Notes under the pieces: generated by a model
What the model was told of the DNA's origin: nothing
Database searches by the model: none
Seen by the model: the letters and a program-made list of their open reading frames with translations, nothing else
In this document: positions 51,481 to 64,000 of the stretch, piece after piece
Layout of the letters: every line of letters begins with the position of its first letter
Position numbering within the stretch: the first letter of the stretch is position 1
Made by a program: the position numbers and the translations under genes
Source of the DNA: Amphiscolops sp. MND2022
Taxonomy: Eukaryota
Direction of reading: 5' to 3'
Assembly: GCA_964187785.1 (NCBI GenBank)
Contig: OZ076409.1
Span: forward strand, 61,816,001 to 61,880,000
DNA: 64,000 nt

Positions 51481-51862
51481 TGCATTCCTTTCAATTCAAT
51501 TACCGGGAAATTGTACTTTGTTCGACTTTTGCATTAGACTATCCTCGGCTGTGGGAAAAAATGTGTGGGAAAAATGCCGCGGTATTTTTTCTGAAGTTTT
51601 CGTCTTTTAGTTGCGGTATTTTTTTTGTTACGTCAGTTCGATAAAAAATTAAAAACCAAAAACAAGACATTTTTGGAAAAATTGAAATTGTTTCAAAATT
51701 TTTGCGCAGTTGCAAAAATCAAAAGTAACACCCAAAATTCTTTTTTTTTGAGAATGTATGTGAAAATACGAACAGCGAGACCTTTACGACCAATAAGCTA
51801 TTTGTAAAATTTTGGATTGTGGCATTCGGCACGAATCAGTCATCTCGACCGGATTGAAAACA

Positions 51863-52418
51863 AAGAAGACGGAAAAGTCTAAAGTCGGCGCTACATTTAA
51901 GCCTCAAAAAGCGCAAAGCTTTTAAAATGTGCCTAGGACGTTTTAATGAAAAACTCAGAAACAGTTTCGAAACACCCAAAAAGTGCCTTACATGCTCGAA
52001 AAGCCTCGGAAACCACTTTTTCCCAAGTGGAAACAAAAAAACTTTCCAAAAGTTGGATTTTTTCGGAAAATGTCACATAGTGCCAAAAACCCTCAAGAGT
52101 TCTCTTTCCTCGCAAAACGTTTCGTTTCTAGTAAAAATTGAGGGGGCTTCGATAAAAACAAATCGGAAAAAAGTTGCATAGTGCCGAGAGAAAAGACGAT
52201 TTCAAAAAAAGCAAAATTCAGAAATAGCGTGCTGGTCCACTGAGAAAACCAAAATTTGAAGAAGAAAAATAGGAATTTTGACCAGGGACCCTTTGGGCTT
52301 TATCAACATCCATTTTATTTCAAAACATCAAAAAAACGAAAAGGGGGGAATCTCACAGTGCCGAAAAATTAGGCTCACTGCAAAAAGCGCGTTTCATTCC
52401 ATAAAGCGCCGACTAAAA
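51863..52418 (-). mobile_element. HINE-like element
   Basis: Both diagnostic ends in reverse orientation (AAAGTCGGCGC...GCGCCGACTAAAA). Confidence 0.72.
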
Positions 52419-55345
52419 TACTTCCGTTTCAATAAAAATGAAAGTGAAGACAAACTCGAAGTTTTGATCTCAGATTTGATCCCAATAAATTGGAAAGGTA
52501 TCGAAACCGCGAAAGTCCACTGAAATTGTCAAGACCTCAGAATTGTTTCACAACTTCGTGAAAGCAGACTATAAATTTTCAATTTTGCTAAGAAGATGTG
52601 ATGTGGTCATCCATCTGTGAAAAATGAGGGTGTTTTTCAAACATTGTCTGTAGAAAGTTTTGAATGCGAGGGCGAAGAGAATTTCGAAAGAATCTAACTA
52701 TCAGAAAAATTTTTTGATAATCAGATCGACTCTTTTTATCGTGAACACGCTCACGCAGCATCTCTACAGGAGCTCAGCTTAATCGGCTCTCTTGAAAAGA
52801 TTAGGAAAGTTGAAGTAATTCTGGAATTACTTTTTGTTTTAAAAAAGTTACATCTGGTTCTGTATCAGTATTCACTAACAAACATCTATTCGCTATTCAA
52901 TCAACTAAGCTGAAGCGCAAAACACAAGTTCCAGACACGCAGGAACTCAATCTGTCGCTCCTGGAGCTAGCAACGAACCAGTTTTTTTCGATAAGACAAA
53001 ATTCTTGCCCCTGTCTCGAGGGTCACTTTGCTTGTAGCTCTCGAACTCGATTGGGTCTTTTCCAGTATTTTCGAATTCGGCCTCAATGAGATTTCCTCAT
53101 TGGACGTGTTTCTAGTGATCTCATCTTCATGTTTTATCATATCTGACATTTAGATTACTGGACCTTGGAATCTAAAGTTCGCATGTGGTCACTTTCGTCT
53201 TCACCTATTCTAGTGAGCGCAAGTAGTTAAACTTCGACTTAACATTTTTCACAGCCAGCGAAAGATAGTTCAACAGCCTGACTGAAGTTCACTTTCCATA
53301 ATATATCAAGTCTCTCAAGATTTTCCCATACTCAAGAGAGTCATTCAATGACTTACATTGCTGACATAGTCTCTACACCTGGGTGCACTCTTCGGTCATT
53401 CTTAGTGCGGTTCATTGCAAGTCCTCCCGCCTAATTGAAATCCAAAAGTTATCACGCAAAACAATTCACTAGAAACTTGTTCAGGAGGTTGGAACCGAGT
53501 CCGGGCCCTGACTCAGTTCTAAATTTATAAACCAGTTGCATAACAACTCATGTATACCGGTGACAAAATTCAGGTTTGTACGATTAATAGTCTCCTAGAA
53601 AACACTCTCTGGCGGTGGTTTTCAAGATGTGTCTAACTTGGTTTTTCAACAGGGTGTCTTAGAATGTTTTCGTTCAAAAGTGAACTTTAGTAAATTTCGC
53701 TCTAAGAGAGCAGCTCCGTCTTAACTGATTCGAACAACTACATCGCTGACGTAACTCGATATCTGGTAGTAGTGGAACGTGTCGTCTATCAATAAATGAA
53801 CACCAAGTAAGCTTTATCAAGGGACCTTATAGTCAGTTTTTTTGAAACCACCAACAATCTATGAAGTCTACATTTCCAGTAGTGGTTGCGGAAACCTCTA
53901 AAAGTGTCCAAAACACCTACACCAAGTTCTGAGAGTAGTTTATTTTCACCAAAACTGTTATTTTTCTTTGTTTTTGAGCAATTTCGATCCAGGTGTTTCA
54001 ATTTTGTATTGCAACACTGAATAATTACCGGAATCTTCAAATATTTTTTGTCCCTTTCAACTGTTTTAGTCTCTGTTTGCTTTTGATCATCAACCAATCA
54101 CAATGTAATATGCATGCGATTAAAACTTGAAGGTGGCATGTTCAAATACTCTCACGTTTAATCTAAATATGTCCGGACAATCAAAACAAGACGCAAACTG
54201 AGAGGCGAGATAATTTCCACCCCAAACTGTTCTACAACTAAATAAATTTGAGGCTCAAGAAAGGCCAATGCACTATAAAATTGCAAAGAAGTTCGAAGCA
54301 AGGAAATCCTTTGGTCAAAGAGTATCCCCTTGCTTTGACAGCTGATTTCGGCTTGAGAAAAGTACTTTTGCGAGCTGAAACTCGTTTCGCCATCACAGAA
54401 CTTTACCGGAACAAAATCAACAATGGGCATAAAAAATCAACAAATATATTGTGCATAAAGTGGTTTCCTATTCACAGGCGTATGTCTTGAGGTGATTTTT
54501 GGCACTGAGAAAATAATGAAAGCTTGAAACTAGGTCCTTTGCAAATTTAAGAAAGTTCAGCGATCCCGGTTTGTTATATTATTGCATAGAGTTTCTCCAG
54601 ATAGTGTCAAAACTTGGAAATAGTATTGACAAGCTTGGGATCAATTTGAGGAACTTTTCTAACATGAGTCTACAGATGTCTTTTCGAAGATAAGCCTACT
54701 GGACACCGAGTTTAGCTGTTGTTGAATTGTACCCCATTAGAAGGTGTATTCTTATCTAGTGATTTTGCTTTGAGGTTTTTGAATATTAAATATAGGGTAA
54801 ATGAGGTCAAAACTTACGTTTTCAAGTAAAGTTTTTGAAAGTTGGAAAAAAACTTGTCTGATGTCTTTTCGAAACACTACCCGTAGCTACAGGTTTCAGT
54901 GGTCCTTCTGATTGAAGTAAATTTTCGTAGAGGTCCAAACTTGGGAGTATTTTGTTGAAAATTAAAAAAGTTCGGAACTTTTGACACTTTTGTGGTACAC
55001 TAGATGACCTTCATGCCACTTTTTTCCATAATTGCGTTTTGAAAACCCTATAGTTTCAACGCTCAGGTCATTGGAAGTTTTTTTCTTCAAAAACGTTCGT
55101 GGTTTGAATCATCATTGTGATTAGTTTGTCGATCAACGTGCTTTCTTGTTGTTTCATGGATTTTTGGGTGTTTTAGTGCCAATTCTAACAAAAAAATGCA
55201 GTTGATTATTCAAAATTGCCTTCTGGAGATACCCGGATTAGTCATTGTTGAGTTTTTGAAAACATTTTATGCAAGGAAGTAGCTCAAAATTTGTAGAGAA
55301 TAGTGTTTTTGAAGCAAAACACTGCAAGGTTCTCTTCAAAAAACG

Positions 55346-55575
55346 TATTGCAAAGCTTTCTTTCGTTTTTGAGTTGCTTGTGTTGGAACTTACAATGAAA
55401 TCGCTCAGAAATGGACAGAGAGTGCATCAAAAACGACAAAAGCTTCAAATTTTTGACAAAGCTATTGCAAAGCTTTCTTTCGTTTTTGAGTTGCTTGTGT
55501 TGGAACTTACAATGAAATCGCTCAGAAATGGACAGAGAGTGCATCAAAAACGACAAAAGCTTCAAATTTTTGACA
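55346..55575 (+). repeat. Exact 113-bp tandem duplication with 4-nt filler
   Basis: Period 117; copies 55346-55458 and 55463-55575. Confidence 0.93.
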
Positions 55576-55699
55576 GTTCAGGGTCAATTTGAGGCATTTT
55601 TCTTTCTTAAAATGAACTTATCTCGTGACTAAAGCTCACCAATTGACCACATTTGCCCATGTTTTAGGCGTTTTAGCATTCTAGTTCACCAAGTCTATC

Positions 55700-56700
55700 G
55701 ATATTTTGACAAAAGTCGAAGGAAAAAAGTGAAAATCTAAAACTTTTGGAAATTTGTCTTTTTCGATGTCAATTTCGAACAGTTTTCGTTTAGAAAACTA
55801 CATTTATCTCTTTCTAGACATCCTGGAAAACACATTCTTCTGTTGTTGACCCTTTTCAACGTTCCATTTGACGAAGTCGAAAATTTGGAAAAAATGCTCA
55901 AAATCTATGAAAATTGGAACGTTTTGGGATTTTTGTCATTTTCTGTGTCAGTTTGAGACCGTTTGATTCAAAACAATGCAATCATCTTTTCAAAAAAGAC
56001 TACTGGACTACCAACGTTTCCCCTGTTGACCCTTTGAAACATTCCCATTCGCGAAGTCTGTTGAAACTCTAACAAAAAATGCATAAAAACTTTGAAATTT
56101 GGAAAGTTTTTGGTTTTTGTCATTTTTATGTCAATTTGAGACTTTTTCAGGAAACAAAACTTCAACAAACTCTTCGGAAAAGCCTACTGGACAACACATT
56201 TTTCCTTTATTGACCTGTTTCAACATTCCAATGCACAAAGTCTGTCAAAAATTTAGGAAAAAATGCATGAAAACTTTGGGAAACTGAAAAGTTTTGGAAT
56301 TTTTGTCATTTTCTGAGTCAATTTTTGGATTCTGAGATTTTTTCATATGGAAAACAGCAATTATCTCTTCGGAAAAACTTACTGGACAACTAATTAGTGC
56401 GAAGTGAGCATTTGCAACATTTTAATCCACGAAGTTTACCGAAAATTTGACAAAAATTGCATAAAAACTTTAAGAATTGGGAAATTTTTGTTTTTTTGTC
56501 ATTTTTGGGACTTTTTCTTTCCACAAAAAACCGCATTCTTCTCTTCATGAGCGAATACTGGACAACAAATTCTTGCCTTGTTGAACCTTTTCAACATTGT
56601 AATCCACGACATCTATCAAAAATTGACAAAAACTTCAATAAAACACCAAAAACATTGGAAATTTTTGCAAGTTCTTCACTATTTTTGGGGTCATTTTTGG
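55700..56700 (+). repeat. Degenerate ~180-195-bp tandem repeat, ~5.5 units
   Basis: Recurring ctactggacaac / tttcaacattcc / tttttgtcattttt blocks near 55823, 56003, 56187, 56383, 56558. Confidence 0.8.
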
Positions 56701-57343
56701 ATCATTCTGGGGTCCCTGGGGTCAACTAAAAAAGTCCAGATATCTCCACAAATACAAATCGCACGAAGCTAAATATATGTGAGTTGAATTCTATGGGAAA
56801 CACCCTTAAAGTTAAATATAAATTTAGTGCTTGGCAAATTTTTTTTTAAAAAACCGTTTGATTTAAATTTTCCTTTCCCATATGAAATATGGGCGGAAAA
56901 TAACAAATTCGATCAATTAATTGCAACCATATATATGCTACCGATTTTGCAAACACTGCCTTGAGGTCTTTTGTGATGACATTTAATTGCACTTCGACCT
57001 TAGAACAATTGATCACCACAATTTGAAACGAAAGCGTTCTAAACCACATTTCCAACGTCAAAATTTCTTAACATTTACCATCCGTATCATAATGAGTGAA
57101 GGCAAATCACCAACAACTTTGACTTTTGTCTAGCTTCCTGGACTCATTGAACAAATTTGAAGGCAAAATTGAAGCCAATAAATGATGCGTGGTCTGACAA
57201 AACTCAACAACTCCTTTACTTATCAAAATAACGCCGTGATCACACCTAACAAATACTTCAAAAGTTTCACATTTCAAATCACACCTCGTGCCAACAAGTT
57301 TTCGTTGTCGTGCAACAAAGATTTCCAACAAAGGTTTACTAAA

Positions 57344-57470
57344 ATGGCAAATGAATCTTCCAGCAAACTCCGAGTAGCAGTGGTCGGGGCGGGTATTTCA
57401 GGACTTTCTTCTGCTTACCAACTTCTTTCATCTTACCACAAAGAAATCCAACTGACTGTTTTGTCAAAAG
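57344..57470 (+). CDS. DAO: DAO-family gene 2, exon 1
   Basis: AAAATG start; MANESSSKLRVAVVGAGISGLSSAYQLLSSYHKEIQLTVLSK; phase-1 donor G|GTGCGC; 7 differences in 101 nt from gene 1 exon 1. Confidence 0.9.
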
Positions 57471-59646
57471 GTGCGCAAAACTGTCTTTGCAGTTTTTCCA
57501 AAATACGTCACGTTTATCAAGCTAACTGCAGTAAGAGTGGGATCCTGTCACTAGTATCACAGAAAACGTGAATGAAAGACTTATTTATAGGGACAATGTG
57601 AAAAATTTCAGTTAATGTGTAATTCAAAATGAAAGGCACTGGTAAAAGTTATATAGTCAAAAAGCAGTTGAATCTAATCCAATTTATTTTATGTCGAATG
57701 GTTGTTTTGGATACAGTTGAGTATTTTAATTTCTATCACGAACTTCTTATAAAAACTCGCAGTCTGTACCCGGTTCTGAACCCAGACATTTAAAGCAACG
57801 ACTTTCCGAGAGATTATTGCAAATTTCAAACTAGTCCTGCAGTTGAATGAGTGAAACTAAAACAGTATCTGAAAAAGTTGCATCCAAAACAATTTCGAAA
57901 AGTTTTCTGGAAGTTTACTTATTTTCATCCGCGTCTAGAAGTTTTCCTGTTTTAAGCAACTAAATTTAAACAGCGTTTTCGAGTGTTTTAGATCAATTTC
58001 GAAAAAATGAACGTCGACGAAAGGTAATTTTTGTTGATGCTTACATGCTGTCGCAGGCTGCCTCCTGCAAATTAACCAATCACAGTGCAGTATAGCTAGT
58101 ATTAGCATTATCTCTCAGCAATACATTATTTGGCCGGTTATGGCCGCTTGCCTAATCTAACTACTATGCTCGCGAACGCTGGTCCAATGGCCGGTTCCGG
58201 CCTATTTAGCTTTTATCAAGTAATCTGTGCTATTTAATCAGTAGTGCTGTGTATTTTCTTGGAAAGTACTTGAAGCTGTCTTAATACGTCAGATGCCATG
58301 ATTAAAAGTGTTAGAAGAAGTATTGGTAATTGTTTTAATTATAGTTGCTATTGATAAAATCCCGTACCAGATACGTCACTTGAGCACGCGGCCTTGTCCA
58401 ATCAAATTACTCCATTTGCTACGCAGTTAATACTTCCATTCATTATTGGCCGAATACGGCCTGTGGACATAACTTCGCTACTTTTAATAAATATCCAGTC
58501 AGACGGCCGGTTCCGGCCATTTCACAAAAAGCGCAATTGTGATGCTAATTATTCTCACACTTAACCAGGATTCATGTGCTTGTACTCTTAGGCTGAATAA
58601 CCCCTCTAGTGCAGTATTAACTAACTACACCACAGACTTAGCTCTTTCAGACGGTTAAGGCCGTTTGACCAGTATTTTAATAATGTTTACTTAATACCAG
58701 GCAATTAGCCTATTCAGGCCAGATTGTGTAAAAGCGCTGTACACGTTTTTAATTGATTGGCCGTATATGGCCACTTGACGTTATATTAGATTGGTAATGC
58801 AGGACAAAAGGCAAATGGCCGGTTTAGGCCATTTTGCTTATTATTATTAGAGATGCTTTTAAGCATGAATGAGTTTGTTTTACAGTCATGTAAGATTATA
58901 TTTATATACTTGAAGATGTTAATGAGCTTTTTAAATCCAATTAGTGCAATAATAACGACCAGTAGTAGCAATCCGAATACCCGTCACCTGTCCTATTCCG
59001 GCCTTCACTATTGGCCAGCTCCCAAGTCCAATGGCCGTATTAGGCCATATTGCTATATTATGTTCATTTCTATTGCATGAAACTGTGTCTTCGTTTTGTT
59101 GATTCTACGCACGTGTGTAGGCACGTGCCGCTAAATAGTTTACATTCCTCTCACTGTAAACAATTTGAAAGTATTAGTTTTGATGTTTGGTCAAAGTGTT
59201 GTTTGCCTAATATAATAAGGCTAAATTCCTCCGCTCCCCTTTGATGATAGTATTTGCAGTTAGAAAATGCATTTGAGTGCATTCCATATTTTATGTAAAC
59301 TTTAAATGATTTTGCTGCGAATGAATTAGGTATGAATTCCCTTTGGCCCTAACGGGACAAATTCCTAAAGTGCTTTGATGCAGTTGACGCCGCTGAAAAT
59401 GAATGAATGTTAGTGGTCACCCGCCATGGTCATTTGCCCTTTATGGAATTTGTAAATAGATTGTCATGCAAGGAATGTGAGTGTCACCCTCTCAGGGGTA
59501 TATATATTAGTATTTTTCATGAGAGGGACACAATTGTATTTTGCTTCTCCAAGTTTAGTTTGATATACCTGTTTACGATACAACGTACAAAAGCCTATTT
59601 TCCGAATAAAACCTAATTCACTGTTTTACCTCGGACTTTCTTTCTA

Positions 59647-61356
59647 ATGCCTACAACAAGAAAGCAGAAGAAAACCAGAAAATCTAGAGGAGTTGAGATA
59701 ATTTCGGACATTGAAAATGTAGATATGATGCTCGGAGAAAATCATTTCAGTAGAAATGAGAGAGATGAAAGCCTCAGTAGTAATCAAACCAGAAGACCTG
59801 AAAGTACTTTTGGTGATCAATTTGAAAATAATGATGAAAACAGGTACTTAAATTCAAGAAATGACGGACTTAGTCCAAATGCCGATTACGGCCAAAACTC
59901 TGCTGGAGGTAATTCTAGTGCTGAGATAAATAGACTGTCGAGTGAATTGAATTCCCGAATATCTAGAGAGATGGACGAGATGATGAATAGTGTCAGTGTT
60001 CAGATACAGAGAGCCATAAATGATGCAATTAGCAATCAGGTTTTACCCCAGATTCAAAATGCCATTGTGGCCGGATCGGGACATTTGACCAGAGAAAGAT
60101 GGAACGTTCCGGCCGAGAGACCGGAAGGATATTCCGAAGTTCTGCGAAACTCAGATTCCAGAGATAACTCGAGAAGTAAGCCATTTATGGACTGTCAGAA
60201 AGACGGTCCAACTACATCCACAAACGCGCGTGCTTACGACATGGTGACAGGAGAAAACGAATCTCCAACTGATATTCCTGAGTTTCTCACGGGACGAATG
60301 CCATCAAGAAGTCATCTCAACCGATCTCATGATGACCTCAATCCCCTGCTCGACACGACGATCCCAGCACAAGAAAGGACCGTTCCGGCCCCGGAACAAG
60401 ATCCTATCAACAAGCTAGCTGATGTCTTGACCAGTATGCAGAACCGTCCAACAGCCCAACAACCCACTATCCGCCCAGTCAACTCAAACACTATGACTTT
60501 TGAGGGCAAAAGCAAGAAGTTCGGGCTGTTCGTATATCTATTCCACACGATGATCAAGTTGATGTCCGAGCAGATGAAAATTAATCATTTTCATTCGCTT
60601 TTGAGAAAAAACGCTCTGCAAACATTCCGAAACATTAGCACAGCTAACAGACAAACTCTCGAGGACGTATTAGTCATCTTCAGACGGAAATACGTCAAAC
60701 CCGAATCTCAAGCAACTGCCAAACATAAATGGCACCGTCTGGTATTTGATCCAAATACGACAAAACTACCACATTTTTTTGAAGAGCTGAATCAAGGCGC
60801 AGAAAAAGCATTCGGAGACCATGCCCAAAAGATTATTGACAGTCTCCTATACGCAAAACTGCCGCCCAAGCAAAAAAGATCAGTAAATATGGCCAGATTA
60901 GAGAACGGCTCCTATGACGAAATTGTCGCTCATCTTGAGAGAGAATTGGAGCTAAACGCGCTTGAAGAATCTGATGACCTACCAATGGCATCAATGACGT
61001 CTTCAGCCACAAAAACAAAAACTGTTCCATCAAACGTCCAAATGAGTGACATTACCTGCAACTATTGCAAAGAAAAGGGCCACATCGTCAAAGACTGTGA
61101 AAAGCGCAAAAAGAAGAAGGAGAAAGATGCCCAACAAGGCAAGCCCACACCGAAAAAGGTTTATCCTAAATGTGGGACATGTGGCAAGACAAACCACCCT
61201 GAGGAGAGATGCTGGCAAGGTGCTGGTGCGCATCTCAAGCCCAAACGCACCAGGCCAGAGGACTCGTCGGACAGCGATCCTGACCCCAAATCCTCAAAAC
61301 CCCATCACAAGCCAACATCATCCAATTCCCAATCCTCATCAAGCAAAGATGAGTAA
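59647..61356 (+). CDS. Gag of element B, 569 aa, first ~198 codons inside the LTR
   Basis: Open ORF homologous to element A Gag (KINHFHSLLRKNALQ, IVAHLERELELN) with knuckles CNYCKEKGHIVKDC and CGTCGKTNHPEERC. Confidence 0.9.
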   Translation: MPTTRKQKKTRKSRGVEIISDIENVDMMLGENHFSRNERDESLSSNQTRRPESTFGDQFENNDENRYLNSRNDGLSPNADYGQNSAGGNSSAEINRLSSELNSRISREMDEMMNSVSVQIQRAINDAISNQVLPQIQNAIVAGSGHLTRERWNVPAERPEGYSEVLRNSDSRDNSRSKPFMDCQKDGPTTSTNARAYDMVTGENESPTDIPEFLTGRMPSRSHLNRSHDDLNPLLDTTIPAQERTVPAPEQDPINKLADVLTSMQNRPTAQQPTIRPVNSNTMTFEGKSKKFGLFVYLFHTMIKLMSEQMKINHFHSLLRKNALQTFRNISTANRQTLEDVLVIFRRKYVKPESQATAKHKWHRLVFDPNTTKLPHFFEELNQGAEKAFGDHAQKIIDSLLYAKLPPKQKRSVNMARLENGSYDEIVAHLERELELNALEESDDLPMASMTSSATKTKTVPSNVQMSDITCNYCKEKGHIVKDCEKRKKKKEKDAQQGKPTPKKVYPKCGTCGKTNHPEERCWQGAGAHLKPKRTRPEDSSDSDPDPKSSKPHHKPTSSNSQSSSSKDE

Positions 61357-61361
61357 AAAAA

Positions 61362-62599
61362 CTAGCTTCGCCACCACTCCAATACAACCAACTAGTCTCT
61401 GTCCGTCAATACATCAAATCGGACCCTCAAACCAAAAACTTTCATAATTACCAACAACAATTGATGGGCTATCCTTCTGTTGTCCTTCTGTTGAAAAAGC
61501 TATCATTATTACCTATAATAATACCCATTTGTTCCAGAAATCAATTCCTGTTTGGGATCCTGATTACACAACTACCTTTACTACCCGATTCAGGCCCATT
61601 CCCTTAGTAGACGACTACAACCCTACATACATCGACCCAGATTATGGAAGAGATCACTACTGGGACACTGAGATCTGCAACCAGGATCTATTGCAATTTC
61701 AATATGTTCTAGACGATATTGAACATTGCAACAAGACAGTCCACGAGAACCCTCCAATTACCCATAACAAGAAAACCAGAGCGCTAAACCATCCGATGTT
61801 TCCAAACCCCTTGGGAACCGAGAATATCGAAAACTGTGCAGAATCAATTCCACAATCGCTACTAGACGAAAGACAGTTCCAGAATGTACTCATTACCAAA
61901 AATGGTGAACCAGACTGTATACCCCTGTCAACCAACAGTAACCTTAAAACTCAGATCTTGCATCGAATTCGCCTCAAAAAGTTTGTCCCCAATCAACCGC
62001 TTGAGGACAATTTCCGAGAAGAGCGATTACTGCCGGACGAAGAAATTGTCATTCCGCAGGACGATTTGTACACAATTACGTGGGAAACAAACTTTGGTGA
62101 ACAACTAGCTACACGAGGCAGCGAGCCTATTCCGGCTAGCTTGCCGAATGGCGAAAGACTGACTACGGCAAAAGCGAACGCAGATAACGCAAGCGAGAAT
62201 GAAGCGGATTACATAATCACGACTGATCGTCCGAATGACGTCAACGATACAGTGCACAGCCGAGATAAAAGAATGAAAAGTGACGTCAGCAATGCAAATG
62301 AAGATAGTGATGCTACTAGAAATGAAAACTCTGATTGGCCGGATTCGGCCGTTTACCACAAAAACCCAAAAAAATCTTTGCCGGATCTCTCCGAAAGACA
62401 AGGAAACGATGCAAATTTTTCAGAACGAAATTCTGCTAATGATAGCGATGCACAAAAGTCTCCAAAAAAGGGGGGTGATATTATCGTGCCCGAAATATCG
62501 CAAAATGATGAAGGAAATGAAAATCGGAGTCCTAGAGGTGGAAGATATAATCTGAGACCTAATCCTAATCCAAACTACTCGGAAGACTTCAGATACTAG
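61362..62599 (+). pseudogene. Pol remnant: N-terminal linker fused to integrase C-terminal tail
   Basis: Opens in the -1 frame after A-AAA-AAC; no protease, RT, RNase H or DDE motifs; TQILHRIRLKKF resembles the post-integrase motif; ends RYNLRPNP. Confidence 0.65.
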
Positions 62600-64000
62600 G
62601 AAAAGATTAATAAGCGTCCAAGAAGGAACACTGCTCTCTTTTCTTCTTTTCCTTTTCATTTTTAAAGTCCTTCCTCCCTCTGCTTCTACCTCTCCTTCTA
62701 CTTCTCCTCCTACTGCATCTACCCTTCTTCCTTCTTCGTCCTTTGTCTCTTGGTCGCCATGAATGATTCAGCGACCTGTGACCCTTCTAGCAATTGGAGC
62801 ATGGAGTCTGACCTTTTCGTCAGCGTAAGCTGTAACATCAACACTGTCAGTACTACTTGGGGACCTCTCTACTCTAAGAGGAGGAAACAGGGGCGGTGAA
62901 AACACAACAGCATAACCTGTACCCACGGGTGAATTGGGATCTGGTGTTCGAGTAGTCTCTTTGTTCTGATTCTATAAACAGAAAGAGATGAAATTTGGCG
63001 GTTAGCTTCCTTGAAAGAAATCCATTTTGCCGCGTCAGAAATCTTTCGAAAGTGTTCTAAAAATTTGAATGAAACGTGTTATCACGTGTTTAGTGATGGA
63101 AGCAGGAAGCATTTTGTGAACAAATTTTAACCCTGATCAAGTTAAATTAGTTCAAAATAAAAATCCAGATCAACTTGTGTTTGAAGACATCCTGCAGTGA
63201 TGGAAACTCCTTCTGGGTAACCGTCCTTATTCGGCTGGTGAAGTTGGGGAAAGTGGCCGAGCTCGGCTGAAAAGGGGAAGATGCTCCGGAATACTCCGAG
63301 GAAGATGTAGTCAGCAACAAAGTTGAAGTCAGAGAGAGATGGACGTCGTAAAGATGAATTCAAATGAACAAAAATCCAAATAAAAAAAGGAATTAGAATA
63401 ATGATACTCAAAATTGAAAAGTTGGAGTTCGTGGCTGAAGAGATTACCGGGTTAATATTTTATGGCTATTTACGAATTTAAAACTGTGCAAGGAGTCTGC
63501 CAGCGAAATGTACAGAAGAGTGCTCATTATTTACAAATTAGTTAGTTAGAAGCCGATTATGGCCATTTACCTTGTTCCGTTTTGCCGTTTTGTTCCGTTG
63601 CCCTTATTACCATTTAGTTAGAATTTCCGCATTCTGGATTATTTTAGTTATTATTTTCACCATTTTACTATCCAATTTCCATTTTATCGAAAGTCAATTT
63701 TGATTGGCTAAAACCATTTTAAGAGAAACCTTTGGTGCGTGCCGTTAATTGCCTCCAAGCGACTCGTTAATTACCCACTTGAGACGAGTGTATTTGATAT
63801 TAACAACTTGAGCATTGTTCACACCTATTCTGATGACGGGAGTGGTAAGGAGATCAACACCAAGAGGTGAACCGGCCTACGTCACAGCAATGATGAAGGA
63901 AGCTTATTTGAAAAGACTGAATGCAGGGTCGTTTTTATTTATTCCACCCGCAGTGTCGCAGGCTGCCTCCTGCAAATTAACCAATCACAGTGCAGTATAG

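Larger units (their letters stand above)
58049..64000 (+). mobile_element. Long-LTR, pol-deleted LTR retrotransposon (element B) in intron 1 of DAO gene 2; runs off the window
   Basis: Similarity to the gene 1 intron stops at ttacatgc|TGTCGCAGG; 5' LTR 58049-60241 ends CTTACGACA, then PBS TGGTGACAGGAG; second LTR starts at 63954 (47/47 identical to window end). Confidence 0.9.

Noticed and set aside
52700..54500. Possible decayed retroelement pol on the minus strand
   Set aside because: Only vague resemblance; no catalytic motif readable.
57182..57343. N-terminal extension of DAO gene 2 suggested by the 129-aa ORF
   Set aside because: ATG 57344 has the AAAATG context and gives the normal DAO N-terminus; the extension is unsupported without transcript data.

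Overview
AT-rich, intron-containing eukaryotic DNA, probably from an invertebrate animal (species not determinable here). Most of the ORF track is noise or transposon debris. Host genes, all reconstructed by hand from GT-AG junctions: (1) a six-exon D-amino-acid-oxidase-family gene (<1-24751, +) whose exons 2-3 are triplicated in a 3.17-kb tandem array; (2) exon 1 of a second DAO paralog (57344-57470); (3) a small two-exon gene (40543-41398) for a 115-aa protein resembling a stand-alone PH/EVH1/RanBD-fold domain. Mobile DNA: a near-complete Gypsy element with 179-bp LTRs (16775-23242), older Gypsy, BEL/Pao and LINE-like remnants, many Helentron/DINE-1-like elements (some nested), a CCCAG-type MITE and several satellites. 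The most unusual signal is a family of long-LTR, pol-deleted retroelements (25119-33756, 58049->64000, solo LTR 41761-43348). Their Gag ORF starts 126-198 codons inside the LTR and an A-AAA-AAC frameshift site is retained. The 25119 copy also carries a divergent accessory cassette: a five-exon spliced antisense gene and a sense ORF with SIM-like, NLS-like and RG motifs. All calls are by eye; no searches were run.
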